Part shown: piece after piece, positions 40,084 to 50,001 of the stretch
Position numbering within the stretch: the stretch's first letter is position 1
How the letters are laid out: every line of letters starts with the position of its first letter
From: a virus
Strand: one strand, 5' to 3'
IMG/VR virus record: IMGVR_UViG_3300025400_000011
Span: 44,883 to 108,882 of that record
Length of the DNA stretch: 64,000 nt
Made by a program: the position numbers and the translations under genes
The notes under the pieces: model-generated
Databases searched by the model: none
What the model saw: only the letters and a program-made list of their open reading frames with translations
Told to the model about the DNA's origin: nothing

Positions 40084-41553
40084 ATGCCTGAAAAACCACC
40101 ATTAATACATGATGCAGTACAGAGACTAGTAAATGTCAAGAAAACATTAGACACTACTAGTTCTAGTTTCTGTTTAGCTAAGTGGAATCAAGTAACTATA
40201 CATCTTACTAATGGTACTACACATAGTTGTCATCATTGCCCTGCTCATAAAATACCTTTAGACGAGCTTAAGAACAACGTTTCTGCTTTACATAACACTA
40301 GCGAAAAGAAAGAAAAACGTAAGATGATGCTCGAAGGTAAGCGTCCAGAAGAGTGTAACTTTTGCTGGCGTGTTGAAGATCTTAATAACCCAGACTTGTT
40401 TAGTGATAGAGTTAAGAAAAGTTCTAACCTCTGGAATGACAATACTATAGAGATTATACCCAAGCTACCTTGGGATACTGATGTCATACCTAAGTCGATG
40501 GAACTAGACTTTTCTAATGCTTGTAACTTTAAGTGTTTATACTGTTCACCGGTTTACTCTTCTACTTGGGCTAAAGAAATAAGAGAACATGGTCCTATAC
40601 ATGCAGGTGCATTTATTAACAACTCATTAAAGATGATAGCTATGGAGGAAAAGACTCCTATAGAAGATGAAGACAGTAACCCATACGTACAAGCATTTTG
40701 GAAATGGTTTCCTGATATACTAGAAAGCGGTCAATTAAGAGAGTTGAGAGTTACAGGCGGGGAGCCCTTATTGAGTAAAAATACGTTCAAGTTAATGGAC
40801 TTTTTTATTGAACACCCTCAACCAGAGATGGTATTCAGTGTTAACTCAAATCTTGGTGCACCAGAAGCTTCGATTACTAAGCTTATAGACAAGCTCAATA
40901 AAATAACATCAGCTAAAGCAGCTAAAAGAGTGGCCCTATACACAAGCGGTGAAGGTCACAGTGAAAGAGGCGAATACATACGTTACGGACTTAAATACGA
41001 TACATGGTTAAGTAACGTCGATCGTATACTAAAAGAATGTCCAGAAGTAGAAATGATTTTTATGTGCACATATAATGCACTATCAGTTACTTCGTTTAAA
41101 GGGTTTTTAATGGATGCATATGACTTGATACAGAAGTACACCGATCCTTATGTACGTATGCAGCCTATTATTATTAGTATACCATATCTAAGACAGCCTG
41201 AGTTTTTAAGTGCATGGAACCTTACTGAAGACTTTTTAGGTTATATAGAAGAGTGTACTGAATACATGAAAGAAAAAACTCGTAAAACTAAAAAAGATCC
41301 TGATGCACCAGAAAGATATAGTGTGGTTGAGCCAGGCTTTCCTTTATTATGTACCCAAGAAATGGAAAGAGTGCTTGAGGTCATGAAAAATGCTATAATT
41401 AACAATGTAGGCAGAAATCATGACGTTGCGGTTCTACGTAGAGCGTTTCATCAGTTTATAGATGAATGTGATAGTAGACGTAACACTAGCTTTTTAACTA
41501 CATTCCCAGAAATGGCTGATTTTTATTATTTTTGCAAAAACAACTACCCATAA
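40084..41553 (+). CDS. Radical SAM protein with N-terminal Cys-rich (twitch/SPASM-like) domain, paralogue 1
   Basis: FCLAKW...SCHHC...CNFCW; CNFKCLYC; VTGGEPLL. Confidence 0.88.
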   Translation: MPEKPPLIHDAVQRLVNVKKTLDTTSSSFCLAKWNQVTIHLTNGTTHSCHHCPAHKIPLDELKNNVSALHNTSEKKEKRKMMLEGKRPEECNFCWRVEDLNNPDLFSDRVKKSSNLWNDNTIEIIPKLPWDTDVIPKSMELDFSNACNFKCLYCSPVYSSTWAKEIREHGPIHAGAFINNSLKMIAMEEKTPIEDEDSNPYVQAFWKWFPDILESGQLRELRVTGGEPLLSKNTFKLMDFFIEHPQPEMVFSVNSNLGAPEASITKLIDKLNKITSAKAAKRVALYTSGEGHSERGEYIRYGLKYDTWLSNVDRILKECPEVEMIFMCTYNALSVTSFKGFLMDAYDLIQKYTDPYVRMQPIIISIPYLRQPEFLSAWNLTEDFLGYIEECTEYMKEKTRKTKKDPDAPERYSVVEPGFPLLCTQEMERVLEVMKNAIINNVGRNHDVAVLRRAFHQFIDECDSRRNTSFLTTFPEMADFYYFCKNNYP

Positions 41554-41554
41554 T

Positions 41555-42157
41555 ATGAAAGAAAAAACTTTAAAAGAACTACAAAGACAGTATTTTAGTC
41601 CAGAGGGCTTTGCATACGACGAGTTCCTATCTTATAACAAGTATAGAATGAACCCAGTATCATCATTTGATTATGCTGGACCCAGTCGTATTAAAAACAT
41701 ACTTAATCCAGAACAAGACAGCTGTATTGTTATTATAGAAAGAGATTCTGGAACGAACATATCTTTAATGGATGGAGAAATGGGTAGAGGTTTGATAGAC
41801 AAATGTCTAGAAAAAGAATGGAAGCCTAAACTCATTGTACCCGGTAGATCTTTTAGTTTTAACAATACTAAAGCAGAACCAGGAGAGCCTGTAGAGATCA
41901 AGTTTCAGTTTTATAACTCGTTTCCTATAGAAAAAACAGAGGATAATGAAAGTGCTTTAAACCTGGTTGTAGGAGAGATTATATTTGCGTTTAAATCGTT
42001 TTATAACTTTGATGAAATAAACTTTACTCAAGATCTGTTAGAAGCTATACTTAAAAAGGAACCGGCATTTTTTAAAATAGATTTAATAAATGAAAAAACT
42101 CACATGAACGGATTATTTAGTTTAGTACCTCCACCAGTAGCAGAACCACAACAATAA
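41555..42157 (+). CDS. Hypothetical protein between radical SAM paralogues
   Basis: 200-aa ORF. Confidence 0.65.
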   Translation: MKEKTLKELQRQYFSPEGFAYDEFLSYNKYRMNPVSSFDYAGPSRIKNILNPEQDSCIVIIERDSGTNISLMDGEMGRGLIDKCLEKEWKPKLIVPGRSFSFNNTKAEPGEPVEIKFQFYNSFPIEKTEDNESALNLVVGEIIFAFKSFYNFDEINFTQDLLEAILKKEPAFFKIDLINEKTHMNGLFSLVPPPVAEPQQ

Positions 42158-42170
42158 GCTAAATTATTAT

Positions 42171-43649
42171 ATGTCACTTAATGGCCAAATGGATGGTACT
42201 CTAAAAACGGTTAAGAATAAGCTTAATGCTGTTAGCCCTAGCTTTTGCTTAGCTAAATGGAATCAGGTAACTATACATTTAAATAATGGTACTACTCATA
42301 GTTGCCATCATTGCCCTTCTCACAAAATACCTTTAGAAGAGCTTAAGAACAATCCGTCTGCTCTACACAATACAAACGAGAAAAAGAACACTCGTAAAAT
42401 GATGTTAAACGGAGAAAGACCTAAAGAGTGTAACTTTTGTTGGCGAGTAGAAGATTTAAAAGATGAAAACATATTTAGTGATAGAGTGAAAAAAAGTTCT
42501 GACCCATGGAATGATGATCGTATCGATACGGTGCCTAAGATGCCATGGGACGTTAATGTTATACCAAAGTATATCGAGTTAGACTTTTCTAATGCATGTA
42601 ACTTTAAATGTTTATACTGTTCCCCTGCTTATTCTACTAGCTGGGTAAAAGAAATAAAAGAACATGGACCTATAGAAGCTGGTAAGTTTCGAGTAAATTC
42701 TTTGCAGGCTTTAGCAGCAAAAGGAGAACTACCTTTTGATGGAGACGAAGAAGATAACCCATACATTCAAGCTTTTTGGAAATGGTTTCCAGACGTACTA
42801 GCAAGCGGAGAGTTAAGAGACATAAGAATCACAGGCGGTGAACCTTTACTCAGTAAAAATACGTTTAAGTTGATGGACTATCTTATAGACCACCCACAAC
42901 CTAATCTTATTTTTAATATTAACTCAAACTTAGGTGCACCTAAACCGTATATTGATAAACTTATTGAATATGCAAATAAACTTCACAACACAAAAGCTGT
43001 TTCTAGGGTAACTCTTTTTACTAGCGGTGAAGGTTATGGGGAAAGAGGTAACTATATAAGAACTGGTTTAGACTATAAACAATGGTATGAAAATGTAGAC
43101 CGTATTATTAGTTCTTGTCCAGCACTATACACAACATATATGTGTACATACAATGCATTATGTGTTACTTCATTTAAAGACTTTCTAAAAGATGCACTCG
43201 CTTTAATGAAAAAGCATGTAAATTACATTGATCGTTGGCATCCGATTTTATTAAGCATACCTTATATGAGAGACCCAGAGTTTTTAGCTGGCTGGGTTTT
43301 AACACCTGACTTTTTAAAGTATATTGAAGAGTGTATAGAGTACATGAAAGAAAACGAGCAGATTATTGGTCCACACCCTTTAAAGGGTACCTTACCTAAA
43401 TACGATCAATGGGAGCAACTTGTCAGGCCTGGATTTACACCATATATTATACACGATATGGAGCGAGTGTTAGAGGTTATGAAAAACGCTATTAATACTG
43501 GAGCGGGTAGAGTAACGGATTTAGCTATATTACGTCAGTCATTTCATAAGTTTATTGACGAAAGCGATAGACGCCGTGGAACCAACTTTGTAGAAACGTT
43601 CCCAGAAATGGCGGGTTTCTATTATATGTGTAAGAATGAGTATCCGTAA
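42171..43649 (+). CDS. Radical SAM protein, paralogue 2
   Basis: Same motifs as 40084..41553 with long identical stretches. Confidence 0.88.
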   Translation: MSLNGQMDGTLKTVKNKLNAVSPSFCLAKWNQVTIHLNNGTTHSCHHCPSHKIPLEELKNNPSALHNTNEKKNTRKMMLNGERPKECNFCWRVEDLKDENIFSDRVKKSSDPWNDDRIDTVPKMPWDVNVIPKYIELDFSNACNFKCLYCSPAYSTSWVKEIKEHGPIEAGKFRVNSLQALAAKGELPFDGDEEDNPYIQAFWKWFPDVLASGELRDIRITGGEPLLSKNTFKLMDYLIDHPQPNLIFNINSNLGAPKPYIDKLIEYANKLHNTKAVSRVTLFTSGEGYGERGNYIRTGLDYKQWYENVDRIISSCPALYTTYMCTYNALCVTSFKDFLKDALALMKKHVNYIDRWHPILLSIPYMRDPEFLAGWVLTPDFLKYIEECIEYMKENEQIIGPHPLKGTLPKYDQWEQLVRPGFTPYIIHDMERVLEVMKNAINTGAGRVTDLAILRQSFHKFIDESDRRRGTNFVETFPEMAGFYYMCKNEYP

Positions 43650-43664
43650 TAGCTAAGTATATAG

Positions 43665-43958
43665 ATGAGTTCCTATAAACTATTAGCTGAAAAGTATAGT
43701 CAAGTTCTAGAAGAAGAAGGTAATGATTTAGCAGCTTTATTACATAACCTAGAAAATAATATTAAGACTGTAAACAATAGGGATTTATCAAGCGCGTTTA
43801 ATCAAGTCTTATTAGCTTTAAATGCTTCTACAGATAACAACGTAAAACAAGCAGCTATTACTTTACTGAATCAACAAACTCAAATAGCTTCAGAAGAAGA
43901 TGAAGCTATAGATAATGAAAATGACAACACAACCGGTGTAAATGGTAACGGATATTGA
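43665..43958 (+). CDS. Small acidic late protein
   Basis: MSSYKLLAEKYSQVLEEE...; TAAGTA 5 nt upstream. Confidence 0.6.
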   Translation: MSSYKLLAEKYSQVLEEEGNDLAALLHNLENNIKTVNNRDLSSAFNQVLLALNASTDNNVKQAAITLLNQQTQIASEEDEAIDNENDNTTGVNGNGY

Positions 43959-43985
43959 GGCAATTTTTACTAAATAATATTATAT

Positions 43986-44684
43986 ATGGCTACCTACTAC
44001 AATTCTCAAGTAACACAAAATCAAGTTGGCAACAACCCTACCACTTATCAAGGGATTGATTGCAATATCAGCGACACGAGAGCTGCTATACTTTTCAATG
44101 TAATACCTAATCCAGTAAACAGTTTATCAGGTACAGGTAGTGCACAAGCAAACTTTACTTTAAATTACGTGAATACGGCTAATAATACCGGCGTAGAAGG
44201 TCTTTCATCTGGTACAGGTTCCATATTTGTTGACGGTGCTTATCAATGCACTACAGCAACAGGTACAGTATCTTATCTAGCAGGTGGTACATATACACAA
44301 AGCATTAGCGGTGTTGTAATTACAAATGGTGGATTAGGCTATTGGGGTCCAGGTAATGATGGTGCAGTAACTTGTACTTTCTCAGCTCCACAATCCGGTT
44401 CAAATCGCGCAACTGGTGTGCCTATTGTTGGTAACGGTAACATTATTGGCGTACAAATCACTAACACAGGTTCAGGTTATGCTAACCCAGGTTCTGCTAC
44501 AGTAACATTTTCGTCTCCAGTAGCTCACAAAATGTATTTACAAAAGCATGATTATTCTTGCTTTGAATTTACAGTACCTGCTACAGGTAGTAACGGTGGC
44601 GGCGCACAAGCTGTCACATTAACCCCAGTAGGTTATAAAGTAGAAGGTCCAACAAAGCGCCGCAAGTATCTCTTAGGTTACTAA
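43986..44684 (+). CDS. Putative virion structural protein
   Basis: Two I.GV.ITN.G.GY repeats typical of myovirus structural proteins; TAAATA 9 nt upstream. Confidence 0.65.
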   Translation: MATYYNSQVTQNQVGNNPTTYQGIDCNISDTRAAILFNVIPNPVNSLSGTGSAQANFTLNYVNTANNTGVEGLSSGTGSIFVDGAYQCTTATGTVSYLAGGTYTQSISGVVITNGGLGYWGPGNDGAVTCTFSAPQSGSNRATGVPIVGNGNIIGVQITNTGSGYANPGSATVTFSSPVAHKMYLQKHDYSCFEFTVPATGSNGGGAQAVTLTPVGYKVEGPTKRRKYLLGY

Positions 44685-44685
44685 G

Positions 44686-46740
44686 TTATTTCGACGTAGC
44701 TCTATAAACTCCGTCCCAATCAGCTCCAAGGTTAGCTCCTTGGAGCTCTTTTATTCTCTCTAGCATAGCCTCGTAGTACTTTTTGAGTTCAGGATTGTAT
44801 TTCTTTAACGCTGTAGCTAGTTGTATGGCTTCATCCCATTTTTGAGTTCTATAATCTATTAAGAACGCTTCGTGCATTCTGTTTACTTCTGTAACCATCT
44901 CGGTTAAGCTGTTTTCTAATATAGTGTAAATTCTAACACCTTCTTTTTTACCCTTAACTGCTATACAGTCAAGTTCAAAACATTGATAGTCGTTTTTAAC
45001 GTATTTGTGCGTTACCGGTCCAACAATAATACGCACCCCATACGGTTTTGATTGTCCTTCTAGACGAGAAGCCAAGTTGACACCATCCCCTAAGCATGTA
45101 TAATCAAAGCGCTGAGTACTACCCATATTACCTACTACTACAGAAGCAGTATTGATACCTAAACCCATACCAAATGCTGGTATACCTTCTTTAGTTATTT
45201 CTTCATTAAACGTGTCAAGTCTCTTTAGCATTTGCATAGCAGTCTTAACAGCATTACGAGCATGATCTGGATCATCTAAAGGAGCGTTCCAGAAAGCCAT
45301 TTGTGCGTCACCAATATATTTGTCGAGGGTACCGTCGTTATCTAATATGGCTTGAGTCATAGCAGTCATATAACGATTCATTATCATTGTCAGACCTTGT
45401 ACGTCTTTACCATAATGCTCTGATATAGTTGTGAAGCCTCTTACATCAGTAAACATAATAGATAACTCTCTTTCATCTCCACCAAGCTTTAACAAACCTG
45501 GATTTTTTTGTAGTTTCTCTACTAATGCTGCACTTAAATAAGTACCAAATTGCTTCTTGATCTGCTGCTTTAACTTAAACTCCATTACAAATCTAAAGAA
45601 TATAGCACCTACCCAAGGCAGCAATACCGCTAAAGTAGGCCAAGTATAATCCGTAAGATATCCGTAATTAGCAAATAAGCGTAATCCAATAAAATAAGGT
45701 ACACATAAGAATGCTGTGATTAGTAGGCCATTTAGGATATACCCCAAATAACAAGCAGCAACAATAAGAATAATAGCAAGTATAATACCACCTGTAAGCT
45801 CATATAGATCGAATGTTGAGGGCCTTTGTAATCTGCTGCTATCTATCAACATTTGCAAGGTTTGAGCAGATACCTCATACCCTTGGGAAATACCAACAGG
45901 AGTAGCTACAGTATTATTTAGGCCTTCTGCAGTTAAAGCAATGAATACTATCTTATCTTTAACAATGGACCAGTTAGCATCTGCAAATGAAACCGAATCA
46001 AATGTGTATTTAAAGTTTATCCACACTCTACCGTTAGCATCAGTAGCGATAGGTGGCGTGCCTTTAACTCTAATAGCCTGTACTCCAGCTTGATCTACTT
46101 TAGCTTGATAAGACTCTTCTCCACCAAACATTCTTAGTGCTTCTAAAGGTATAGTGGGGTAGGTTTCTTTCTTTACTTGTACTACTAACGGTAAACGTCT
46201 CGTAACTGAGTCTATTTCAGGGGTTGTTAACAACATACCGACACCGCCCGACGACTGACCTATCTCTTTAGTTGGTCCAATAGCGGCAGGGTACGTATAT
46301 AACCAATCACCTAAGTCTCCACCTATTGCTGCTAAACCTCTTGGTACAGGCTGTCCTTTACCTTTTTGTGCTGCTGATTGTGCAGTTATTACTGGATATT
46401 TTTGTAAAGTACTATTAAATATTGTATCACCACCTAATCTATCTTTCTCTGAAAATAGAATAGGCATAACAACTAACTGCGCACCATTATTAAATGCTTT
46501 TTCCAAACCTTCGCTCAATACTGCTCTGGACATCGGCCACTGGCCAAACTTGTCTAACGTCGCCTCGTCTATGGTTACTACAACAATATTATTACTTTTT
46601 ACTTTACTTTGTTGCCTTTGATAATAATCTAATCCTTTTAAGCGGGCTGTTTCAATAAAAAACGGATCCTTTATTCTTAATATAACTAGTCCAGCAAGGA
46701 TAGCAAACCCAGTGAGCATTATCTTATATGTATGTTTCAC
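44686..46740 (-). CDS. CHASE2-domain class III adenylate cyclase (start revised to GTG 46740)
   Basis: CHASE2 (IVVVTIDEATLDKFGQWPMSR, D.VTRRLP), three TM helices, cyclase IMFTDVRGFT, DKYIGDA, FDYT.LGDGVNLASRLEG, VKGK; Lys/Asp-Thr signature points to ATP; minus-strand TAAATA 5 nt upstream of GTG. Confidence 0.92.
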   Translation of the reverse strand: MKHTYKIMLTGFAILAGLVILRIKDPFFIETARLKGLDYYQRQQSKVKSNNIVVVTIDEATLDKFGQWPMSRAVLSEGLEKAFNNGAQLVVMPILFSEKDRLGGDTIFNSTLQKYPVITAQSAAQKGKGQPVPRGLAAIGGDLGDWLYTYPAAIGPTKEIGQSSGGVGMLLTTPEIDSVTRRLPLVVQVKKETYPTIPLEALRMFGGEESYQAKVDQAGVQAIRVKGTPPIATDANGRVWINFKYTFDSVSFADANWSIVKDKIVFIALTAEGLNNTVATPVGISQGYEVSAQTLQMLIDSSRLQRPSTFDLYELTGGIILAIILIVAACYLGYILNGLLITAFLCVPYFIGLRLFANYGYLTDYTWPTLAVLLPWVGAIFFRFVMEFKLKQQIKKQFGTYLSAALVEKLQKNPGLLKLGGDERELSIMFTDVRGFTTISEHYGKDVQGLTMIMNRYMTAMTQAILDNDGTLDKYIGDAQMAFWNAPLDDPDHARNAVKTAMQMLKRLDTFNEEITKEGIPAFGMGLGINTASVVVGNMGSTQRFDYTCLGDGVNLASRLEGQSKPYGVRIIVGPVTHKYVKNDYQCFELDCIAVKGKKEGVRIYTILENSLTEMVTEVNRMHEAFLIDYRTQKWDEAIQLATALKKYNPELKKYYEAMLERIKELQGANLGADWDGVYRATSK

Positions 46741-46745
46741 TTGTA

Positions 46746-46768
46746 TATTTACAAATAACCAATAAATA
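46746..46768. promoter_or_regulatory. Back-to-back divergent late promoters
   Basis: TATTTA 46746-46751 (drives cyclase) and TAAATA 46763-46768 (drives ATG 46776). Confidence 0.65.
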
Positions 46769-46775
46769 GACTTAC

Positions 46776-48266
46776 ATGTACAAGAGAAAACCAGGCGAAT
46801 CATTAACAGAGTATAGAGATAGAGTTCTTAATACTATTAGTACAAGTTTTTGTGCTGCTAAGTGGTATAATGCTACTATATGGCTTGGTAATGGTACAAC
46901 TACAAGCTGCCATCATCCTCCAGCACAAGATATTCCTTTAGAGGAGATAAAAGACAATCCTTCTGCCATTCATAATACGTCGCATAAAAAGTTGATGCGC
47001 AAGATGATGCTTGAGGGTAAGAAACCAGCTGAGTGTGAGTATTGCTGGAGAGTGGAAGGTATGGGACCTGATAAAGTTAGTGATAGAGTGTTTAAATCTA
47101 TCATCTATGATGAAGAAGACGTACAAAAGTTAGCTACCTTACCTTGGGACGCTAATGTTGATCTTAAAACATTAGAGATTAGTTTTGATAGAACATGTAA
47201 TCTAGCTTGTTCTTATTGTAACTCAAGTTTTTCTACTACCTGGGGTAAAGACATTAAAATTAACGGTCCATATAAAAATCTTGTTAGTGACGGTTCCGGT
47301 ACATACAAGTTAGATGGTAGTTGGGCAGACACATATAAAACTAACCCAGAAGATAATCCTTATTTACAATCTTTCTGGAAGTGGTGGGATGCTAGCTTAA
47401 ACAAGAACTTAGAAGAACTGAGAGTTACGGGCGGAGAGCCTTTATTAAGCCCTGAAACGTGGAAGCTGATGGATAGGTTTGAAACTCAGCAACTAGACAT
47501 GAGATTATCTATTAATAGTAACTTAATGCCTAGAGAAGAGCTTATTACTAAGTTTATTGAGAAGTCTAAAAACATTAAAAATATTCAGGTATATACTAGC
47601 TGTGAAACAGTAGGCGCTCAAGCAGAGTATATTAGAGATGGGTTAAAGTATGATTACTGGAAAGGTAACTTAACACGTCTAATCACTGAAGGTAACTTTA
47701 GAGATCTTAACGTGATGATGACTATCAACAGTCTTTGTTTGTTTAGTATTACTGATTTTCTTGATGAGATGTACGGACTTAAAGAGTTAGCAAAGAATAC
47801 TGATAAACGAAAGCAGTTGTTATTAAGTCTTAATATTTTAAGATTTCCAAGCTTTCAAAGCCCGTTAGCATTACCTGGACATATTAAAGATTATTGCAGA
47901 ACTAGATTACAAACTTGGTATGACGCAAGTAAAACTCGTCCACTATGGCACGTAGATGAACTAGCTAGTATTGAACGTCTTATAGACTACTTAGTAGCAG
48001 TAGATGCACCGCACCGCAGAACAAGCAATAAGATTACCTTATGGAGAGATTTTAAGTCATTCTATAAACAGTATGATCAACGTAGAGGTAAAAGCATATC
48101 AGTATTCCCAAGCATTTTAACAGACTGGTTTGCACAGTTACCAGATACTGATACATCTACTATGACTGATGAGCAAATAGATGAAACAGCTCTTAAAGAA
48201 GGTTGGATCTCACACTCCGAGAACCCAGCTCGTCCAGGATCTAGTCCAGATAACTCTTCTTTATAA
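46776..48266 (+). CDS. Radical SAM protein, paralogue 3
   Basis: FCAAKW...SCHHP...CEYCW; CNLACSYC; VTGGEPLL; YDQRRG. Confidence 0.88.
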   Translation: MYKRKPGESLTEYRDRVLNTISTSFCAAKWYNATIWLGNGTTTSCHHPPAQDIPLEEIKDNPSAIHNTSHKKLMRKMMLEGKKPAECEYCWRVEGMGPDKVSDRVFKSIIYDEEDVQKLATLPWDANVDLKTLEISFDRTCNLACSYCNSSFSTTWGKDIKINGPYKNLVSDGSGTYKLDGSWADTYKTNPEDNPYLQSFWKWWDASLNKNLEELRVTGGEPLLSPETWKLMDRFETQQLDMRLSINSNLMPREELITKFIEKSKNIKNIQVYTSCETVGAQAEYIRDGLKYDYWKGNLTRLITEGNFRDLNVMMTINSLCLFSITDFLDEMYGLKELAKNTDKRKQLLLSLNILRFPSFQSPLALPGHIKDYCRTRLQTWYDASKTRPLWHVDELASIERLIDYLVAVDAPHRRTSNKITLWRDFKSFYKQYDQRRGKSISVFPSILTDWFAQLPDTDTSTMTDEQIDETALKEGWISHSENPARPGSSPDNSSL

Positions 48267-48271
48267 AGTAC

Positions 48272-48313
48272 TTGATTTTGTCATAATAGGTACGATAATA
48301 CCTGTATTATGAC
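48272..48313 (+). promoter_or_regulatory. Sigma70-like promoter TTGATT-N16-GATAAT inside an extended inverted repeat covering the start codon
   Basis: GTCATAATA-GGTA / TACC-tg-TATTATGAC around CGATAA. Confidence 0.6.
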
Positions 48314-48497
48314 ATTTTTAGAAAAACTTAAACACATTATTATTGGGTTTGCGTCAGTCATTATTTTAATCAATATACCATTTGGTATATATTTTGGTTT
48401 TAAAGGCATTGTCACTAACAACGATTGGATGTCTACCGCTGGTACTTTTCAAGTATTAACTGGTACATATATGTACCTCTTCTTAACTAAAGAATAA
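48309..48497 (+). CDS. Small two-helix membrane protein
   Basis: 62 aa, hydrophobic. Confidence 0.6.
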   Translation: MTFLEKLKHIIIGFASVIILINIPFGIYFGFKGIVTNNDWMSTAGTFQVLTGTYMYLFLTKE

Positions 48498-48498
48498 T

Positions 48499-48579
48499 AT
48501 GGTCGTTTCTTATATAACAGCATTAGTAATAGTTGCTCTAGTAATAGCAGCTTTAATAAAATATCTACCAAGAGATTAA
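48499..48579 (+). CDS. 26-aa membrane peptide (not in ORF track)
   Basis: MVVSYITALVIVALVIAALIKYLPRD fills the gap with 1-nt spacers each side. Confidence 0.55.
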   Translation: MVVSYITALVIVALVIAALIKYLPRD

Positions 48580-48580
48580 T

Positions 48581-49006
48581 ATGAACAATAAAATTACTTG
48601 TACCAGGTATCACGACCTATCAGTTGGACACAGAGTGTGTGGTCAAGGCGGTAAGTGTGAAAATCTTCACGGTCATAACTACCGTATACACCTCACAGTA
48701 GAAGCAGAACAGTTAGATACTGTTGGTCGAGTTATGGACTTTTCTGTTATTAAAGACAAGTTTGTTATATGGTTAGAGCAGCAATGGGATCATAAGTTCT
48801 TGGTTTGGGAAAACGATCCGTTTACAGATACATTAAAAAACTTAAACCCAGAAGGTGTTGTTGTAGTGCCTTTTAACCCAACTGCAGAAAACTTAGGTCA
48901 GCACTTAGTCAACGTTATTGGACCTCAGCAACTTGCTGGTACTAATGTTAAGCTTGTTAAGGTTAATATTGAAGAGACTCGTAAGTGTAGTGTTACTGTT
49001 GAGTAA
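48581..49006 (+). CDS. queD: 6-carboxy-5,6,7,8-tetrahydropterin synthase
   Basis: GHR...CENLHGHNY...VMDF...DH...PTAENL...EET. Confidence 0.9.
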   Translation: MNNKITCTRYHDLSVGHRVCGQGGKCENLHGHNYRIHLTVEAEQLDTVGRVMDFSVIKDKFVIWLEQQWDHKFLVWENDPFTDTLKNLNPEGVVVVPFNPTAENLGQHLVNVIGPQQLAGTNVKLVKVNIEETRKCSVTVE

Positions 49007-49943
49007 TATTCATTAACACGCCATCTCCAGAGCCCTGCTTTGCTTTAGCGGTACCGCCTGTGTACTTGTATATAACTTGAGCATTAGTAGTTTTAGGTAC
49101 AGATATATGTAGTACGTTTCCACCTACTGATGACTTTAATATAGCATCAGTGTTTTCTTCAACGAATACAAACTTGTTAGGATCGATAACCTCGATAACC
49201 TTAATATCTTCTGGTTTAATACCGTTATTGTTGAGATTATCTTTTTCGTGGCTATCAGTTTTTTGTTTTGCTACATCAAATACTGGTTTAGGACTATCAA
49301 GTAATAGGTTATTACCAACACCACCCTCATCCATATTAAGAATAACAGGAGGAGAAGGCATTGTTTGAGCGGAAGCTACATAGGTACCTTCAAATGCTTT
49401 ATCTAAAGTAACTTTACCTGCTGCTGTAGATACGTCAATACGACCAACTATGTACTGACCGTTTCTTCTATCTAATGCCGGTAGTAGAATAACCAAGCTT
49501 CTACCCATTTCATCTACAGCGAGACTCACATCAGTACCACGAACAGCTATACTCGCTGTAGGTGTAGTAACTGCAACACTATTGCTATTATGATGAGCTA
49601 ACTTACCTGAAGTATATCTCAATGTACCTAAAGCAGCCTTAAAGCCTATTTTACCGTTACCTGTGGAAGGATCATACACAAACGTATCTATTAAGAGTTT
49701 ACTGTGCTCTGTTACTTTTACTTCTGTATCATCTGCAAACTTTATATTAGTACGAGCTTCAAGTGTCTCCACAGTATCATTCATTTCTACCCCAGTCTTT
49801 AACTCGCACTTAATAAATTCACTACCTCTGGTTATACGGGTAGGTCCTGTAATAGAAGTAATCTGTCCTGCAGCACCAAATGCTACAGCACATGACAATA
49901 CTGTTAGTAGAAAGAATAGTATTGTAAGAGTAACAAGTTTCAT
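48993..49943 (-). CDS. Exported FecR-domain protein
   Basis: Signal peptide; D.VET...F.D.T.V.V.E.S.L.ID.FVYDP...G.LRYTSG...TPTASIAVRGT; minus-strand TAAATA 5 nt upstream. Confidence 0.85.
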   Translation of the reverse strand: MKLVTLTILFFLLTVLSCAVAFGAAGQITSITGPTRITRGSEFIKCELKTGVEMNDTVETLEARTNIKFADDTEVKVTEHSKLLIDTFVYDPSTGNGKIGFKAALGTLRYTSGKLAHHNSNSVAVTTPTASIAVRGTDVSLAVDEMGRSLVILLPALDRRNGQYIVGRIDVSTAAGKVTLDKAFEGTYVASAQTMPSPPVILNMDEGGVGNNLLLDSPKPVFDVAKQKTDSHEKDNLNNNGIKPEDIKVIEVIDPNKFVFVEENTDAILKSSVGGNVLHISVPKTTNAQVIYKYTGGTAKAKQGSGDGVLMNITQQ

Positions 49944-49958
49944 AGTAATATTTACATT

Positions 49959-49982
49959 AAAAAAGCCCGCCTAAGCGGGCTT
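49959..49982 (-). terminator. Intrinsic terminator after curlin-like gene
   Basis: AAGCCCGC/GCGGGCTT stem; A-run on + strand is the U-tract on - strand. Confidence 0.8.
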
Positions 49983-50001
49983 GTGTCTCGAACAAATCCT
50001 A

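Noticed and set aside
46741-46803. Tracked upstream starts of the cyclase (46803), 29492, 57188, 54308 and 37975
   Set aside because: They run through promoters or neighbouring genes; downstream starts fit promoter spacing or coupling better.
40084-48266. Radical SAM proteins as QueE partners of queD
   Set aside because: About twice QueE length, with an extra N-terminal Cys domain and no QueE N-terminal motif.
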